Shown here piece by piece: positions 18,926 to 28,832 of a stretch of DNA of 46,334 nt (the first letter of the stretch is position 1; every line of letters starts with the position of its first letter). The position numbers and the translations under genes were made by a program. The notes below the pieces were generated by a model. That model was not told the DNA's origin. It worked only from the letters and a program-made list of their open reading frames with translations, and searched no databases. The DNA is from Verrucomicrobiales bacterium (lineage in GTDB: Bacteria; Verrucomicrobiota; Verrucomicrobiia; Verrucomicrobiales; V1-33), in assembly GCA_031411295.1 (NCBI GenBank), contig JANOAV010000199.1:1-46334 (forward strand), read 5' to 3'.

Positions 18926-19259
18926 GATGGCTGGCCTCAAGAACAATTTTAGCTCTGCGGTCCTCTGCGTTCTCTGCGGTAATGCTGCATGCTGCGCGCT
19001 TCACGCTGACGGTTGCGGCGTTCTGGCGGGCGCTGGCGTTGAGGATTTTCGTTTTCATGCGGGTTGGGTTTGCGGCGGCGGGCCTCGCACAGGGGTCCAA
19101 TCGGCTACGCTGCTTATGAGTGGCTCGGTCCAGAGTGGGAGGCGTTTGAGTTCGCGCTTCCAGTCCATGGCTTTCCCGCAGCGGGGGGGAATCCTATCCG
19201 ATGCCTCGATCAGCCGATCAGTCGCATGAACTCCCACCACAACCCCGGTAATTTCCTCT

Positions 19260-19348
19260 GCCGAAAGAATCGAAAAAAGTCCGAAAAAAATGGGATCACT
19301 GATGAGTTGCCTCCCAATGGTTTTTTCGTCTTCTTTCGTTTTTTCGGC
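19260..19348. repeat. A/T-rich imperfect inverted repeat
   Basis: GCCGAAAGAATCGAAAAAAGTCCGAAAAAAA ... TTTTTTCGTCTTCTTTCGTTTTTTCGGC. Confidence 0.5.
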
Positions 19349-19638
19349 CAAACTGAATTTGTGCATTTTGTGATCTTTGTGGCCCAATCAAGCCAAAGGC
19401 AGAGACCGCACGTTCAGGGGATTATAAAACCGCGTGGGGCGCTGATGGCGGCGGGACGCACGCCACTCCCAGTGATCATGGCCCCTTGTTGCAGAAGCAG
19501 TCCTCTCCCGTCCTTCCCCCTACTCGGAAAGTCTTGCTAGCGGAAGCGCCTTACTTGGAGTCCCAGTTCGAAAGCTTGACGGCCTCGATGAAAATCCCCA
19601 CTTGCGCGGGGCAAACGCTGCATTTATCCCCCACACCT

Positions 19639-20145
19639 ATGGATACCATTCGCATCATCATGAACACCTCCAAAGGTGCTCTCCACATTACCCTTCACGC
19701 CGCTGATACCCCCGTCACTTGCGCCAGTTTCTTGAATCTGGCGCGTCGGGGATTCTATGATGGCGTTCCCTTCCACCGCGTCATCTCAAACTTCATGATC
19801 CAGGGTGGCGACCCCACTGGCACGGGTCGAGGCGGCCCGGGCTATAACTTCGACGACGAGTGCAAGCGCTACCTGCGGCACGACAAAGCCGGCATTCTCT
19901 CCATGGCCAACGCTGGTCCCGGCACCAATGGGAGCCAATTCTTCGTGACCCATGGCCCGACGCCACACTTGGACGGCAAGCATACCGTCTTTGGTGAAGT
20001 GAGCCAAGGTCAGGATATCGTGGATGCCATCCGGCAAGGTGATAAAATCACCACCATCGAAATCCTCGATGATGCCGAAGCGCTCTTCACGGCTCAAGCG
20101 GACAATATTACCCGCTGGAATAGCGTGCTCGATAAAAAGCGCTAA
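19639..20145 (+). CDS. Cyclophilin-type peptidyl-prolyl cis-trans isomerase
   Basis: [59 protein letters not shown]. Start trimmed to MDTIRI. Confidence 0.96.
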   Translation: MDTIRIIMNTSKGALHITLHAADTPVTCASFLNLARRGFYDGVPFHRVISNFMIQGGDPTGTGRGGPGYNFDDECKRYLRHDKAGILSMANAGPGTNGSQFFVTHGPTPHLDGKHTVFGEVSQGQDIVDAIRQGDKITTIEILDDAEALFTAQADNITRWNSVLDKKR

Positions 20146-20201
20146 GCCACCCAGGACCGAATTGAACGGTTCGGTTCGGCCAACTCCCCCACCCCAATTC
20201 C

Positions 20202-20237
20202 AAAGCCATGCGTCCATCCCGGGCGCATGGCTTTTTT
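20202..20237 (+). terminator. Probable intrinsic terminator after the cyclophilin gene
   Basis: AAAGCCATGCGTCC-loop-GGGCGCATGGC followed by TTTTTT. Confidence 0.65.
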
Positions 20238-20393
20238 ACTGAGGGGCCGCAGGCGACGAACCAAATTCATCGCGTGCCACAGAAGATCTTTGGACGCCAG
20301 GCAAATGTATGCGAAGCTGAAAGGTAAAATTCAGCGCCCGGCAAGTGAACGGATTGAATTTTAGCTTCACCCATACCAACGAGCGACCACTTT

Positions 20394-22124
20394 ATGAGCT
20401 GTTACCGATCCTTCTTATCTTGCTTAGTTCTGCTGACCTGCCTGCTATGGTCCCCGCCTTCAGTCCGTGCGGAAACGGACACGATTACTTATCAGGGACG
20501 TCTGGACTTAGACAATCAGGCCGTGGATGGCCTGCGCCAGATTTCCATTACGGTCTGGGATGCCGCCAGTGGTGGCGTGGCTTACGGCTCATGGACGTTT
20601 GTAAATGTTTTAGTGCAAAAAGGCCTCTTCACGGTCACCCTGACCGGACCACAGGCAGTCAGCGCCTTCAGCAATGGGGCCAATCGGTGGCTGGAGATTG
20701 CCGTGAAAGCGCCCTCCGATCCTTCCCCGATCACCCTGGTCCCACGTCAACCGGTCTCGGCAGCTCCTGTTGCACGCTGGGCCGCCGCCGCCGGTAGTGT
20801 TACCGGAAGCGTTAACGGTTCGCAGATTGTGGGCACCATTTCCCCCACCCTGCTGAACACCGGCACCATTACTGGCGGACTCAACTTTAATCCCGCAGGA
20901 GGCGTGCCCCCGTTTGCCGTTGGGAACGCCAACAAGGTGATCAATTTAAATAGTGACTTACTTGATGGATTGGACTCGACCGCCTTCGTCAAGCGGGTGG
21001 GCGATTCCATGACTGGAGCGCTGGACTTTGGGTCCGTCTATCGGCAGGATCTCAATCTTTGGAGTGCTGGGCAGATCGGGATCGGGGCCCAGACCAACAC
21101 GCTCTATCAACGGTCCAACAAACGTTTCTCCTGGTTCCAAGGCGGCTCCCCAGTGGATGCCGAGAGCAACCCCGGTTCCGGATTCACGCTCATGACCCTT
21201 GTTAAAGACACGCTCACTTTATTACCGGACTATGCCAACAGCAATACCCAGGGCCCGATCAGATTGGCCTTTGGCGATTCCGCGACCATCAACAGCGTCG
21301 AGACTCCGTATGTTTCCATCGGTGAGTCTGATACCGATGATGAACTCGAAATCCGCGCTAAACGCATCAACCTTTCCGCCGGAGTCTATGCCAATTCGGT
21401 TAGTAATTCCTATGGTCAGCTCAACTTCGGCCAACTGGTGGGTGACACCATTTTGCTCTGGTCCGACGGCGTGGCGGGTGGGGGTGATGACTATGCTATT
21501 GGCATTCAAACCGGAACCCAATACTTCCGCAGCGGTCATCATTTTGCTTGGTTCAAAGGGGGCGCAGGAATTGCCGGACCGATGGATGCAGGCACCGGCG
21601 GCACCAAGCTCATGACCCTCGACGAAACGGGGGTGCTCAAAATTCACCCCCTCACTGGCCGCATGGAAACTCCAGTGCTCACCATCACGGGCGGAGCCGA
21701 TGTCGCAGAACCATTTCCCGTTAGAAATTCAGGGGCGGACGCAGCCGACGTTATCGCGCCCGGTTCCGTCATGATCATTGATGAAAGCGATCCCGGACAT
21801 TTAAAGCTCAGCGACAAATCGTATGACACTCGTGTGGCCGGCGTGGTCTCGGGTGCGGGTGGGGTTCAGCCTGGTCTCACGCTGCGCCAGACGGATGTCA
21901 TGGAGGGCTCGCATAACGTGGCCTTGTCCGGTCGCGTCTATGTCTTGGCGGATGCTTCAGGTGGCCCGATTCAGCCGGGCGATTTGCTCACCACCTCCTC
22001 CACGCCAGGCCACGCCTGCCGGGTGCAGGACCATCAGAAGGCGCAAGGCGCCATCCTGGGGAAGGCCATGGGGCGCTTGGAATCCGGTCAGGGACTGGTG
22101 CACGTGCTCGTCACTTTGCAGTAA
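20394..22124 (+). CDS. Secreted fibre/spike-like protein with N-terminal TYQGRL domain and C-terminal intramolecular-chaperone-like (peptidase G2-like) domain
   Basis: Signal peptide, ITYQGRL, NSDLLDGLDSTAF, duplicated IG.QT.T.Y.RS..F.WF.GG repeat, and GADVAEPF...VALSGRVYV...PGDLLTTS...GAILGKA. Confidence 0.7.
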   Translation: MSCYRSFLSCLVLLTCLLWSPPSVRAETDTITYQGRLDLDNQAVDGLRQISITVWDAASGGVAYGSWTFVNVLVQKGLFTVTLTGPQAVSAFSNGANRWLEIAVKAPSDPSPITLVPRQPVSAAPVARWAAAAGSVTGSVNGSQIVGTISPTLLNTGTITGGLNFNPAGGVPPFAVGNANKVINLNSDLLDGLDSTAFVKRVGDSMTGALDFGSVYRQDLNLWSAGQIGIGAQTNTLYQRSNKRFSWFQGGSPVDAESNPGSGFTLMTLVKDTLTLLPDYANSNTQGPIRLAFGDSATINSVETPYVSIGESDTDDELEIRAKRINLSAGVYANSVSNSYGQLNFGQLVGDTILLWSDGVAGGGDDYAIGIQTGTQYFRSGHHFAWFKGGAGIAGPMDAGTGGTKLMTLDETGVLKIHPLTGRMETPVLTITGGADVAEPFPVRNSGADAADVIAPGSVMIIDESDPGHLKLSDKSYDTRVAGVVSGAGGVQPGLTLRQTDVMEGSHNVALSGRVYVLADASGGPIQPGDLLTTSSTPGHACRVQDHQKAQGAILGKAMGRLESGQGLVHVLVTLQ

Positions 22125-22144
22125 ATTTTCATCCATCACCAACT

Positions 22145-23539
22145 ATGAAATTACTGCTTTCCCTGTTCCTGGCCTTGATGACGACGGCTCTGGCAGACCA
22201 GCCGATGATTACCATTCGCCTCTCCTTCAAGGCTCTGCGGAGACCCACCACTGGAGACGTGCAACCGTTCGCAGTGAAGGACATCATGCTGAACGTGGTC
22301 AACGAAATGAATCTGGCGATGGATCGCGCCAAGCGGGGCCTGCGTTTCGTGTATGATGACTTCGATGGCACGGGGCAAATGATCCGCATCGGAGATCACC
22401 TCAACAATACCTCGAATCCAGCCAATCCCTCGTATTGGTCGGAAGTGGAGCCTGGACAAATGGATGACTTTGCGGTGCAAGCCAATGCCCACAAGGTTGA
22501 ATTTGATTTCAAAAGCACGCACATCAATATTTACTTGGCCGTGCCCATTTATGGCGCAGCGGCGGCTAGATTCCCCGACAGCAATGGCTTCTCGCCAGCT
22601 TACAATAATTTTGCGGTATCGGGAGTGGGGGGCGCAACCAGTGCGGCGGCCGGTTATGCTCGCGTGATGCTGCACGAAATGGGGCATTACTTCTCCCTGC
22701 TGCATACCTTCAATACCGATGTTGGCACGGCGGTATCTGGCAGCACCTTTGGGGATGATGGATTTTTCGATACCTTGCTCGATACCGCTGGCAGCAATAT
22801 TACCTATGGCGGAGCATTGCGTGGATTGGATTATTTCTCAGACGTGGATTTCAGTCTGAGCTACGCGGCACTGAACGCCACCCAGCAGGCCCAGGTGCTG
22901 GGGAAGTGGCGTAACTTCTATGCGCTTAGACTCTTTGGTATCACCACGTATGGGGGGCTCAGCACTGCGCAGAGGGCGCATCTAGATGCCAATCAAGCAG
23001 CCACTTACAATTCATCGAGTCTGATGGTGCGCGATCTCATTGCCGCTGCGAACTTTAACGGTCCGAACGACCCTCAGCGTATCTTCAATGATCCAGCGCT
23101 ACCGCGTCTCAACTCGGATGAGCAACAGAAGGTGCAAAGTTTACTCAACAATTACATGAATTATCATGGTCCCACGCCGGTGGAGGCCACCTACACCGGC
23201 CAACAATTGGATGCGATAGCTGATGCGATGACGTTCAATGGTAGGCTCCCCGTGGTCTCTGGACGCACGTTCTTCCTAGGCTACGGCCCCTTATTCTCCA
23301 GCAGTGCTCCGCTCGGCAGCAGTCGCTTTCCATTTGCAACCCCATCGGCCCTAGCTAGCAGCACCCCCAGCCCGACGTGGACGAGCAATGATCAAGTGCT
23401 CGTCCGCCCTGCGGCCTACCCCAGTCCGGTCACCTTCAATAAACCCATGACGCTGCGGGTATCCAGTGTTACCAACGGAGCGACCAATGCTCTACGGACC
23501 GATCAACATGCTACTTTCGGCTCCTCCACCAATCATTAG
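22145..23539 (+). CDS. Secreted M43-like (ulilysin/pappalysin) Zn metalloprotease
   Basis: Signal peptide, INIY, HEMGHYFSLLHTF, DDGFFDT, NNYMNY Met-turn. Confidence 0.8.
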   Translation: MKLLLSLFLALMTTALADQPMITIRLSFKALRRPTTGDVQPFAVKDIMLNVVNEMNLAMDRAKRGLRFVYDDFDGTGQMIRIGDHLNNTSNPANPSYWSEVEPGQMDDFAVQANAHKVEFDFKSTHINIYLAVPIYGAAAARFPDSNGFSPAYNNFAVSGVGGATSAAAGYARVMLHEMGHYFSLLHTFNTDVGTAVSGSTFGDDGFFDTLLDTAGSNITYGGALRGLDYFSDVDFSLSYAALNATQQAQVLGKWRNFYALRLFGITTYGGLSTAQRAHLDANQAATYNSSSLMVRDLIAAANFNGPNDPQRIFNDPALPRLNSDEQQKVQSLLNNYMNYHGPTPVEATYTGQQLDAIADAMTFNGRLPVVSGRTFFLGYGPLFSSSAPLGSSRFPFATPSALASSTPSPTWTSNDQVLVRPAAYPSPVTFNKPMTLRVSSVTNGATNALRTDQHATFGSSTNH

Positions 23540-23543
23540 GCTC

Positions 23544-23975
23544 ATGAAACGCCTCTGCTTCCATACCGCAATGCTCCTGCTGCTGACCCCGCTGACAGCC
23601 GCCCCCGCCATTTCCTGGTGGACCGTCGATGGTGGAGGCGGCACCTCCACCGGCGGAGGTTATACCCTGCAGGGGACGATCGGTCAGGCCGAAGCCCACT
23701 CCGCCGCTGCCGTTGGCAATGGATTGCTGGTGCGGGGCGGCTTCTGGGCAGCGGGAGAAATGTCCCTAACGCTGCCAGTGCTCAACATCAGCCCCCGACC
23801 CGATGGACAAGTGGACATTTCCTGGGGCTTGGATGCGGTCGGTTGGCACGTCGAAATTTCCTACGACCTCCAACAATGGGTTACTGAAGGTCCCATCGCC
23901 ATTGAGGCTCCTGGCAGTTTCACTAACCAACCCGGTCCCGCCGCACGGAAGAAGTTTTATCGCCTCAGGCAGTGA
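23544..23975 (+). CDS. Small secreted protein with WWTVDGGGG...TIGQ...GGFW motif
   Basis: Signal peptide, Gly-rich N-terminal motif and C-terminal ..KFYRL tail. Starts 4 nt after the upstream stop. Confidence 0.8.
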   Translation: MKRLCFHTAMLLLLTPLTAAPAISWWTVDGGGGTSTGGGYTLQGTIGQAEAHSAAAVGNGLLVRGGFWAAGEMSLTLPVLNISPRPDGQVDISWGLDAVGWHVEISYDLQQWVTEGPIAIEAPGSFTNQPGPAARKKFYRLRQ

Positions 23976-24026
23976 AGCCATCGCTGCAGTGGAGCCCGGC
24001 AGCGCAGCCATCCATGCGACAGGCGT

Positions 24027-24971
24027 TCAAGCGATCGGCAGCGGTAATGGCTTTCGTTGCTTTTCCCGGGAAGCATCCCGATCATACATCAGCAACGAGT
24101 AAATCAGCACCGCCTCCACTAACGGCCCGCCCCAGCCACAGGTGGCCACCGTGCCTGCTCCCAGAATGAAGGGCAGGCAAATGATTAGCGTGACCATGGT
24201 GCGCGTGGGAGACGGTTCCCAGGGCACCAAGTAAACTTTCAAGTGGGCCCGCGCCAATTGCAGTCCCAGCAGCACGCAGATCCCCATGAACCCCAGCCCA
24301 TAGAGCACAATCACGGTCACTATCACTATCTGCATGCCGCTCCCACTGCGGAAGGCTTGCTCATTCAAGGCCACCGTCAACGCCACGCTGGAGATCATGG
24401 CGTAGAGCACCGAGACTGCGGAAATGATGATTCGCACCGTATAATTGGCGTAACCCGAAGCGCCAATGATGAGCGCGCTGGTGGCCAGGCAGCATGAGAA
24501 GACGTTCATCAGTTGCACCAGATTGATCCAGAGGTCGAATGCTCCGAAGAAATATCGCACAATGAAATAGGGCAGCAAACTCACCAGCACTAGCATCGCC
24601 AACCCTGCTTGGACCAGCCATTTGCCACGCACAATCCGCCACCGACTCAACCCTGCAATGATCAGCGTATCAGCATTTCTGCCCCCGGATTCCTCCTGCA
24701 TGGCTTCGAATCCCCGCAACGGCATGATGAAGCCCACCACGGCATAGGCCACCAGCCAGAAGGCATTGCGCGCCAGCCACGATGTCGTCCCATTTTCCTG
24801 CAAGGCCTGCCACTCCAAGGCCAAGGCTCCAATCATCAGAAAATGCACGGCGGCAAATGGCACCAGGAACATCCGCTGCCGCATCGCCTGACGGAATTCC
24901 TTCACCACCATGGAATCGAGCCATTCCGGGAAGTCGCTGGGGACGATAATAGGTGAAGTGGCGGAACGCAT
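24027..24971 (-). CDS. Multi-pass membrane protein, ABC-2 permease-like
   Basis: VVKEFRQAMR, EESGGRNADTL, RIVRGKW and about 7-8 TM helices. Confidence 0.7.
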   Translation of the reverse strand: MRSATSPIIVPSDFPEWLDSMVVKEFRQAMRQRMFLVPFAAVHFLMIGALALEWQALQENGTTSWLARNAFWLVAYAVVGFIMPLRGFEAMQEESGGRNADTLIIAGLSRWRIVRGKWLVQAGLAMLVLVSLLPYFIVRYFFGAFDLWINLVQLMNVFSCCLATSALIIGASGYANYTVRIIISAVSVLYAMISSVALTVALNEQAFRSGSGMQIVIVTVIVLYGLGFMGICVLLGLQLARAHLKVYLVPWEPSPTRTMVTLIICLPFILGAGTVATCGWGGPLVEAVLIYSLLMYDRDASREKQRKPLPLPIA

Positions 24972-24976
24972 AAAAA

Positions 24977-27916
24977 TTAGTCAATAGCAGCAACCACACC
25001 TCCCGCCCGACGCGCTGCCGCATCTGCTAGCAACCCGGAAGGATCAATCGCATCTTCCCATTCCTCCAAGCCAAGGCGAGCGAAATTCTCATATTCCGGC
25101 TTGGGATTGGGCGGCCAGAATTGCGCGTCTTTGATGCAGCGAATCACCGCGGTGGCGCACTCCACCGCTTGGTCCAAGAGATTACCCGCCACTAATTCCG
25201 GCCAGTCGGATAGTTTTACTAACGAGGTGGCAGGTGGTAAATTGAGATACGCCGCTTCGACCGGTTGTTGATAGCGCCGACGCAGTGCTGCCGCATAGAG
25301 CGGCAATTGCAGATTCTTCCAGCGCCTGCCATCCGGCAGCGTGGCGGCCTCAATGAACCCTGCTTCGAATGGTCGCGCCTCCCGGGCCTTCGTCGGAACT
25401 GGCACCAAATGCGCCTGCTCCGGGGTTACCGGCTTGGCGCTCGTCTTGTAATCAATGATGCGCCATTTCTCCAACTGAGGATGATACTCCACCATGTCGA
25501 TGCGACCACTAATCTCCACTCCTTCCACCATCCAGGGCTCGCCCAGCAGATCGCGCACATTGATTTCGACAAACATGATTTCCCAGCCCTCCAATCGGCT
25601 CTGCACCAGCACCGGAGCCGCTGCCGCCAACCGTTGTTGGATGGAGCTGCGCTGCACTAACAAGGGCACGCTGAGATTGCTGCCATAGATCTGCTGCACC
25701 TTCTCTGCGGCTTTCGCCTTGAGGAACGCAGCCACCCGCCCCACGTCCAGTTCCGTTTTCATGATGGGATCCATGGCTAGTTCCTCGAACGCAAAATGGC
25801 AGAGATTGCCGAATTCCAGCGCGTCCATTTCCTGCTTCTGCGCATCATACTCCTGCATCTTCAACCCCACCTCCAGGAAGTAGCGGAAGGGGCACTGCAA
25901 ATACTTCAGGAACATCGTAGCGGAGATCTTGGTGAACGCCAGATTCTCTGGCAACCGCGGACGCAGGCGCCAGGCTCGTTCCCATTCCGCCAGTTTCACC
26001 TGACTATCCTCCGGAGGGTCGGCAAAGAGTTCATTGACTCGTGTCGGAAGTTCTGCGGCGGGACAGAGCAGGAGCAGGCGCGATGGCGTCAGCCCATCCC
26101 CACTGGCCGACTCCCGGCCCAGTAACAATTCCACCCGACCCTTCGCAGCGCGCTGATGCAACATCGCTGCCAGCCGATAGGCATCCGTGGCAAAGCGTTC
26201 GTCGTTCGTCCGTAAATTCAGCGTCCCCCGCAAGCTATGCGGCAGCCACGCATCCGCCGTGATGGCGGTAGGCACCAGCCCATCGTTGAGGCCAGCCACC
26301 ACCAAATGATCCGCTGTTTGCCAAGGCATTTCCAGCCAACCGGACAGCTCCACACTATCCGTGCCCCCTTCCGGAAACAACGGTAGGTCCCGCAGCAGCC
26401 GCAGCAGCAATTGCAGCAACTGAGCGGCATCCAAGCGACGCGGCAGACTGGCCGCAGCCCGGGTGATGTCATCCAATTTCGTCAGCAAATGCTCACTGGC
26501 CTGACGAAAGGCCGTCGTCTTGGGATCGCCCCGGGGCCAGTCCACTCCACGATAAATCAGCTCCAGATAATCCGTCAACGCCACGGCAAAATCCTCATTG
26601 GCAAAGTCATCCAACCACCGAGCCGACACCCGCAGTGCCTGCCCCAGCGCGGACGATTCCTTTTGCGAGCGCTTAAGGGCTCCCAGCGCATCCGTAATCG
26701 TCGTTGGCAAATGAGCCGCCGCACACCCGTCCGCTTCCCGCAGCAAAGCGGTCGGCCCGCTCAGCGCTTTATCATCCGGCGGCAGGACGATTTCCCCCAG
26801 CAACGCAGCCGTCACCTCTGGAATCCTCATCCATTGTGCCCAGGCCGCCCAGCTCCGGCTGGCCAGCAGTTCCTGCCAGCAACTCAGCAACCAATGGAGC
26901 GATTGCGCACCAAACGTCACCCCTTCCGGATTAAACACTGGAATGCCTCGCTCGGAAAATTTCGCCAGCGCCAGCGGCAGGATTTCCTGATCCGCCACCC
27001 CGATCGCCAACGCCCCGGAAGCCTCCTCTGCGAGTTGTAACAGGCGCTCCGCTTGGGACGCAGGATTTTGCAGCAGGCAGATTTGCTCCTGCGGCAGGAA
27101 CAACGGCAGCGGTCGCTCCGTCCAGATCGCTGGCAGCGGACGACCCCAGGCATCGAATGCCTCCGCCAGCGTCGGCGGGGCCTGCAGGCCAATCGTGATG
27201 GCGAGGCCCCGTTCCGCCAGTTGTGCCCACGCCGTCCGCACCAGCGGCAAGGGTTCCGGCACGCCGAAGATAAATAATTTTCTCAGCCCCACGGGCGGCT
27301 GAGCGGACAACGCTGCCCGGGCCAGCGCCCGATTCCGTTCCTGCAAGCCAGCCCGCGCCAGACTCGCTTCATAGCGACGCTCCAGCGTGCTCAATTGCTC
27401 CCACCGTTCCGCTTCCGTGAATTCCGGTCCAAAGCGTGCCGCCGCCACCGCGATACTCCAGCCGGCTTCTCCTAACGTGTATTGCAGCCGCCGCAGGGTG
27501 GCCGCCATTTGCAGCGCCCAAGGGAAATCCTGTTGCGTCGGTGGCCGGGGAAAGACCTGCGGAACCGACGCGCAATCCAATTCCAGCAACACCTCCACCC
27601 AAGCCAGCATGGATTCCGCATCGCTGGCCGAAACCAGCACCGGAACCTCCCCCCAGGCCAGCACTCCTTCAGGCGTCATGATCTCCGGCACCAGCACCGC
27701 CTGATCCTGCAGACTGGCCTGCTGCGCCAAAGCCGCGCGCAGCTTCCGCCCCGCTTCCGCCGTGGGCACCACCACCGCCAGATCAGAGAAATCATAGTTC
27801 CCCTTCGTCCCCTCCGCCAGCAGCGTTGCCACTGCCGTTTCCACCATAGGACGATCCCAACCCAGGAAAATTATCTCGATCTCCGGCTTAATACTAGCAG
27901 CTTCATTGCAATCCAT
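24977..27916 (-). CDS. AddB-like PD-(D/E)XK nuclease subunit
   Basis: FLGWD, VVVPTAEAGRKL, GWLEMPW, GLNDGLVP, YLQCPFRYFL, ALEFGNLCH, GRIDMVE, IIDYKTS, NLQLPLY. Start uncertain. Confidence 0.85.
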   Translation of the reverse strand: MDCNEAASIKPEIEIIFLGWDRPMVETAVATLLAEGTKGNYDFSDLAVVVPTAEAGRKLRAALAQQASLQDQAVLVPEIMTPEGVLAWGEVPVLVSASDAESMLAWVEVLLELDCASVPQVFPRPPTQQDFPWALQMAATLRRLQYTLGEAGWSIAVAAARFGPEFTEAERWEQLSTLERRYEASLARAGLQERNRALARAALSAQPPVGLRKLFIFGVPEPLPLVRTAWAQLAERGLAITIGLQAPPTLAEAFDAWGRPLPAIWTERPLPLFLPQEQICLLQNPASQAERLLQLAEEASGALAIGVADQEILPLALAKFSERGIPVFNPEGVTFGAQSLHWLLSCWQELLASRSWAAWAQWMRIPEVTAALLGEIVLPPDDKALSGPTALLREADGCAAAHLPTTITDALGALKRSQKESSALGQALRVSARWLDDFANEDFAVALTDYLELIYRGVDWPRGDPKTTAFRQASEHLLTKLDDITRAAASLPRRLDAAQLLQLLLRLLRDLPLFPEGGTDSVELSGWLEMPWQTADHLVVAGLNDGLVPTAITADAWLPHSLRGTLNLRTNDERFATDAYRLAAMLHQRAAKGRVELLLGRESASGDGLTPSRLLLLCPAAELPTRVNELFADPPEDSQVKLAEWERAWRLRPRLPENLAFTKISATMFLKYLQCPFRYFLEVGLKMQEYDAQKQEMDALEFGNLCHFAFEELAMDPIMKTELDVGRVAAFLKAKAAEKVQQIYGSNLSVPLLVQRSSIQQRLAAAAPVLVQSRLEGWEIMFVEINVRDLLGEPWMVEGVEISGRIDMVEYHPQLEKWRIIDYKTSAKPVTPEQAHLVPVPTKAREARPFEAGFIEAATLPDGRRWKNLQLPLYAAALRRRYQQPVEAAYLNLPPATSLVKLSDWPELVAGNLLDQAVECATAVIRCIKDAQFWPPNPKPEYENFARLGLEEWEDAIDPSGLLADAAARRAGGVVAAID

Positions 27917-27979
27917 AACTAGCACCAAAGAGCAAAGACCGCCATAGGCAAGCACGGAAATGGACTCCACTGGCGCTGC

Positions 27980-28099
27980 GTGTGGGAGCAGTCGGCTCGA
28001 CTGTTCCATTCCTACATCCGCTGGAGTCCGGTTTTCAGGCCGACGGAAGTATGATTAGCCGCGTGAGACCGTCGGGATAAATCCCGGACTCCAGCGGAT
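27980..28099. repeat. REP-like palindrome (27980-28007) plus a 16-bp perfect inverted repeat (28016-28031 / 28084-28099)
   Basis: GGAGCAGTCGGCTCGACTGTTCC; ATCCGCTGGAGTCCGG ... CCGGACTCCAGCGGAT. Confidence 0.7.
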
Positions 28100-28110
28100 A
28101 AGCTAGGCCC

Positions 28111-28749
28111 TTACTGATTAATGAAATCAGAGATGGTGCGCAAGATAATGGCCACGGAGCAAGCCCCGGCGTCTGGGAACCCAATACTGGCTTCGCCCAG
28201 AGTTTTGGCGCGACCCAGCGTTGCCAGCATGGCGGTGCTCTCGTCACGGCCGGTTTCCCCGGCAATGGCCACCGCCTCTGCGGCTTCGGGCAAGCTGAGG
28301 AACCGCACGGTGTCGGCCGTGGCCGCCGCCGGATGCAAGGCATCGATCATCGTCTTGTCGCCGGGTTTGGCCTTGCCGCGAGCCATGATGGTATCGCAAG
28401 CCGCTTTCAGGAAATCCGCATAGCCGTTGGCATCAAGCGTTTCCTTGCCAGCGACGGCCTTCGCTCCACCCATGTAAAAGCTGCCGAAGATGACTCCACT
28501 GGCTCCGCCCATGCTGCTCATCATGGCCATGCCGGCGGTGGACAACACCTTATCCAAGGGAGCCGCCGCATCCAACGCTGCGAGCTTTTCTTTCACGGAT
28601 AGCATCCCACGTTGCATGCCCAGACCATGATCCCCATCACCCAGATTACGGTCGGCTTCGGAGAGGTAAGGTTCAGCGGCAATAATGGCGTCTGCTACGA
28701 GCAGGACCATGGTGCGAACTTGGGAGGAATCGAGAGATGTTAGAGGCAT
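28111..28749 (-). CDS. dhaL: Dihydroxyacetone kinase ADP-binding subunit
   Basis: GDGDHGLGM, MGGASG, GKAKPGDKTMIDAL, GRA, PDAGA. Confidence 0.92.
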   Translation of the reverse strand: MPLTSLDSSQVRTMVLLVADAIIAAEPYLSEADRNLGDGDHGLGMQRGMLSVKEKLAALDAAAPLDKVLSTAGMAMMSSMGGASGVIFGSFYMGGAKAVAGKETLDANGYADFLKAACDTIMARGKAKPGDKTMIDALHPAAATADTVRFLSLPEAAEAVAIAGETGRDESTAMLATLGRAKTLGEASIGFPDAGACSVAIILRTISDFINQ

Positions 28750-28832
28750 GATTAAATGGGTAAGCGGATGGCCGTCAATTCAGACGACACTCTATGATTT
28801 TGCAAGGTAAGAAATGGGCGATTTGGTTAACG

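Larger units (their letters stand above)
18155..18980. repeat. Imperfect inverted ACCGCAGAG-type repeats (18155-18182 and 18953-18980) bracketing cassette unit C
   Basis: AACCGCAGAGGATGGAGAGGGCGCAGAG versus the reverse complement of CTCTGCGGTCCTCTGCGTTCTCTGCGGT. Confidence 0.55.

Noticed and set aside
18855..19540. Several overlapping 70-160 aa ORFs
   Set aside because: They are translations of repeat and low-complexity DNA with no recognisable motifs.
20394..22124. Prophage tail gene
   Set aside because: It has a signal peptide and there are no capsid, terminase or other phage genes nearby.
27917..28009. N-terminal extension of the AddB-like ORF
   Set aside because: It runs through a REP-like palindrome, and family-like sequence starts only near FLGWD.
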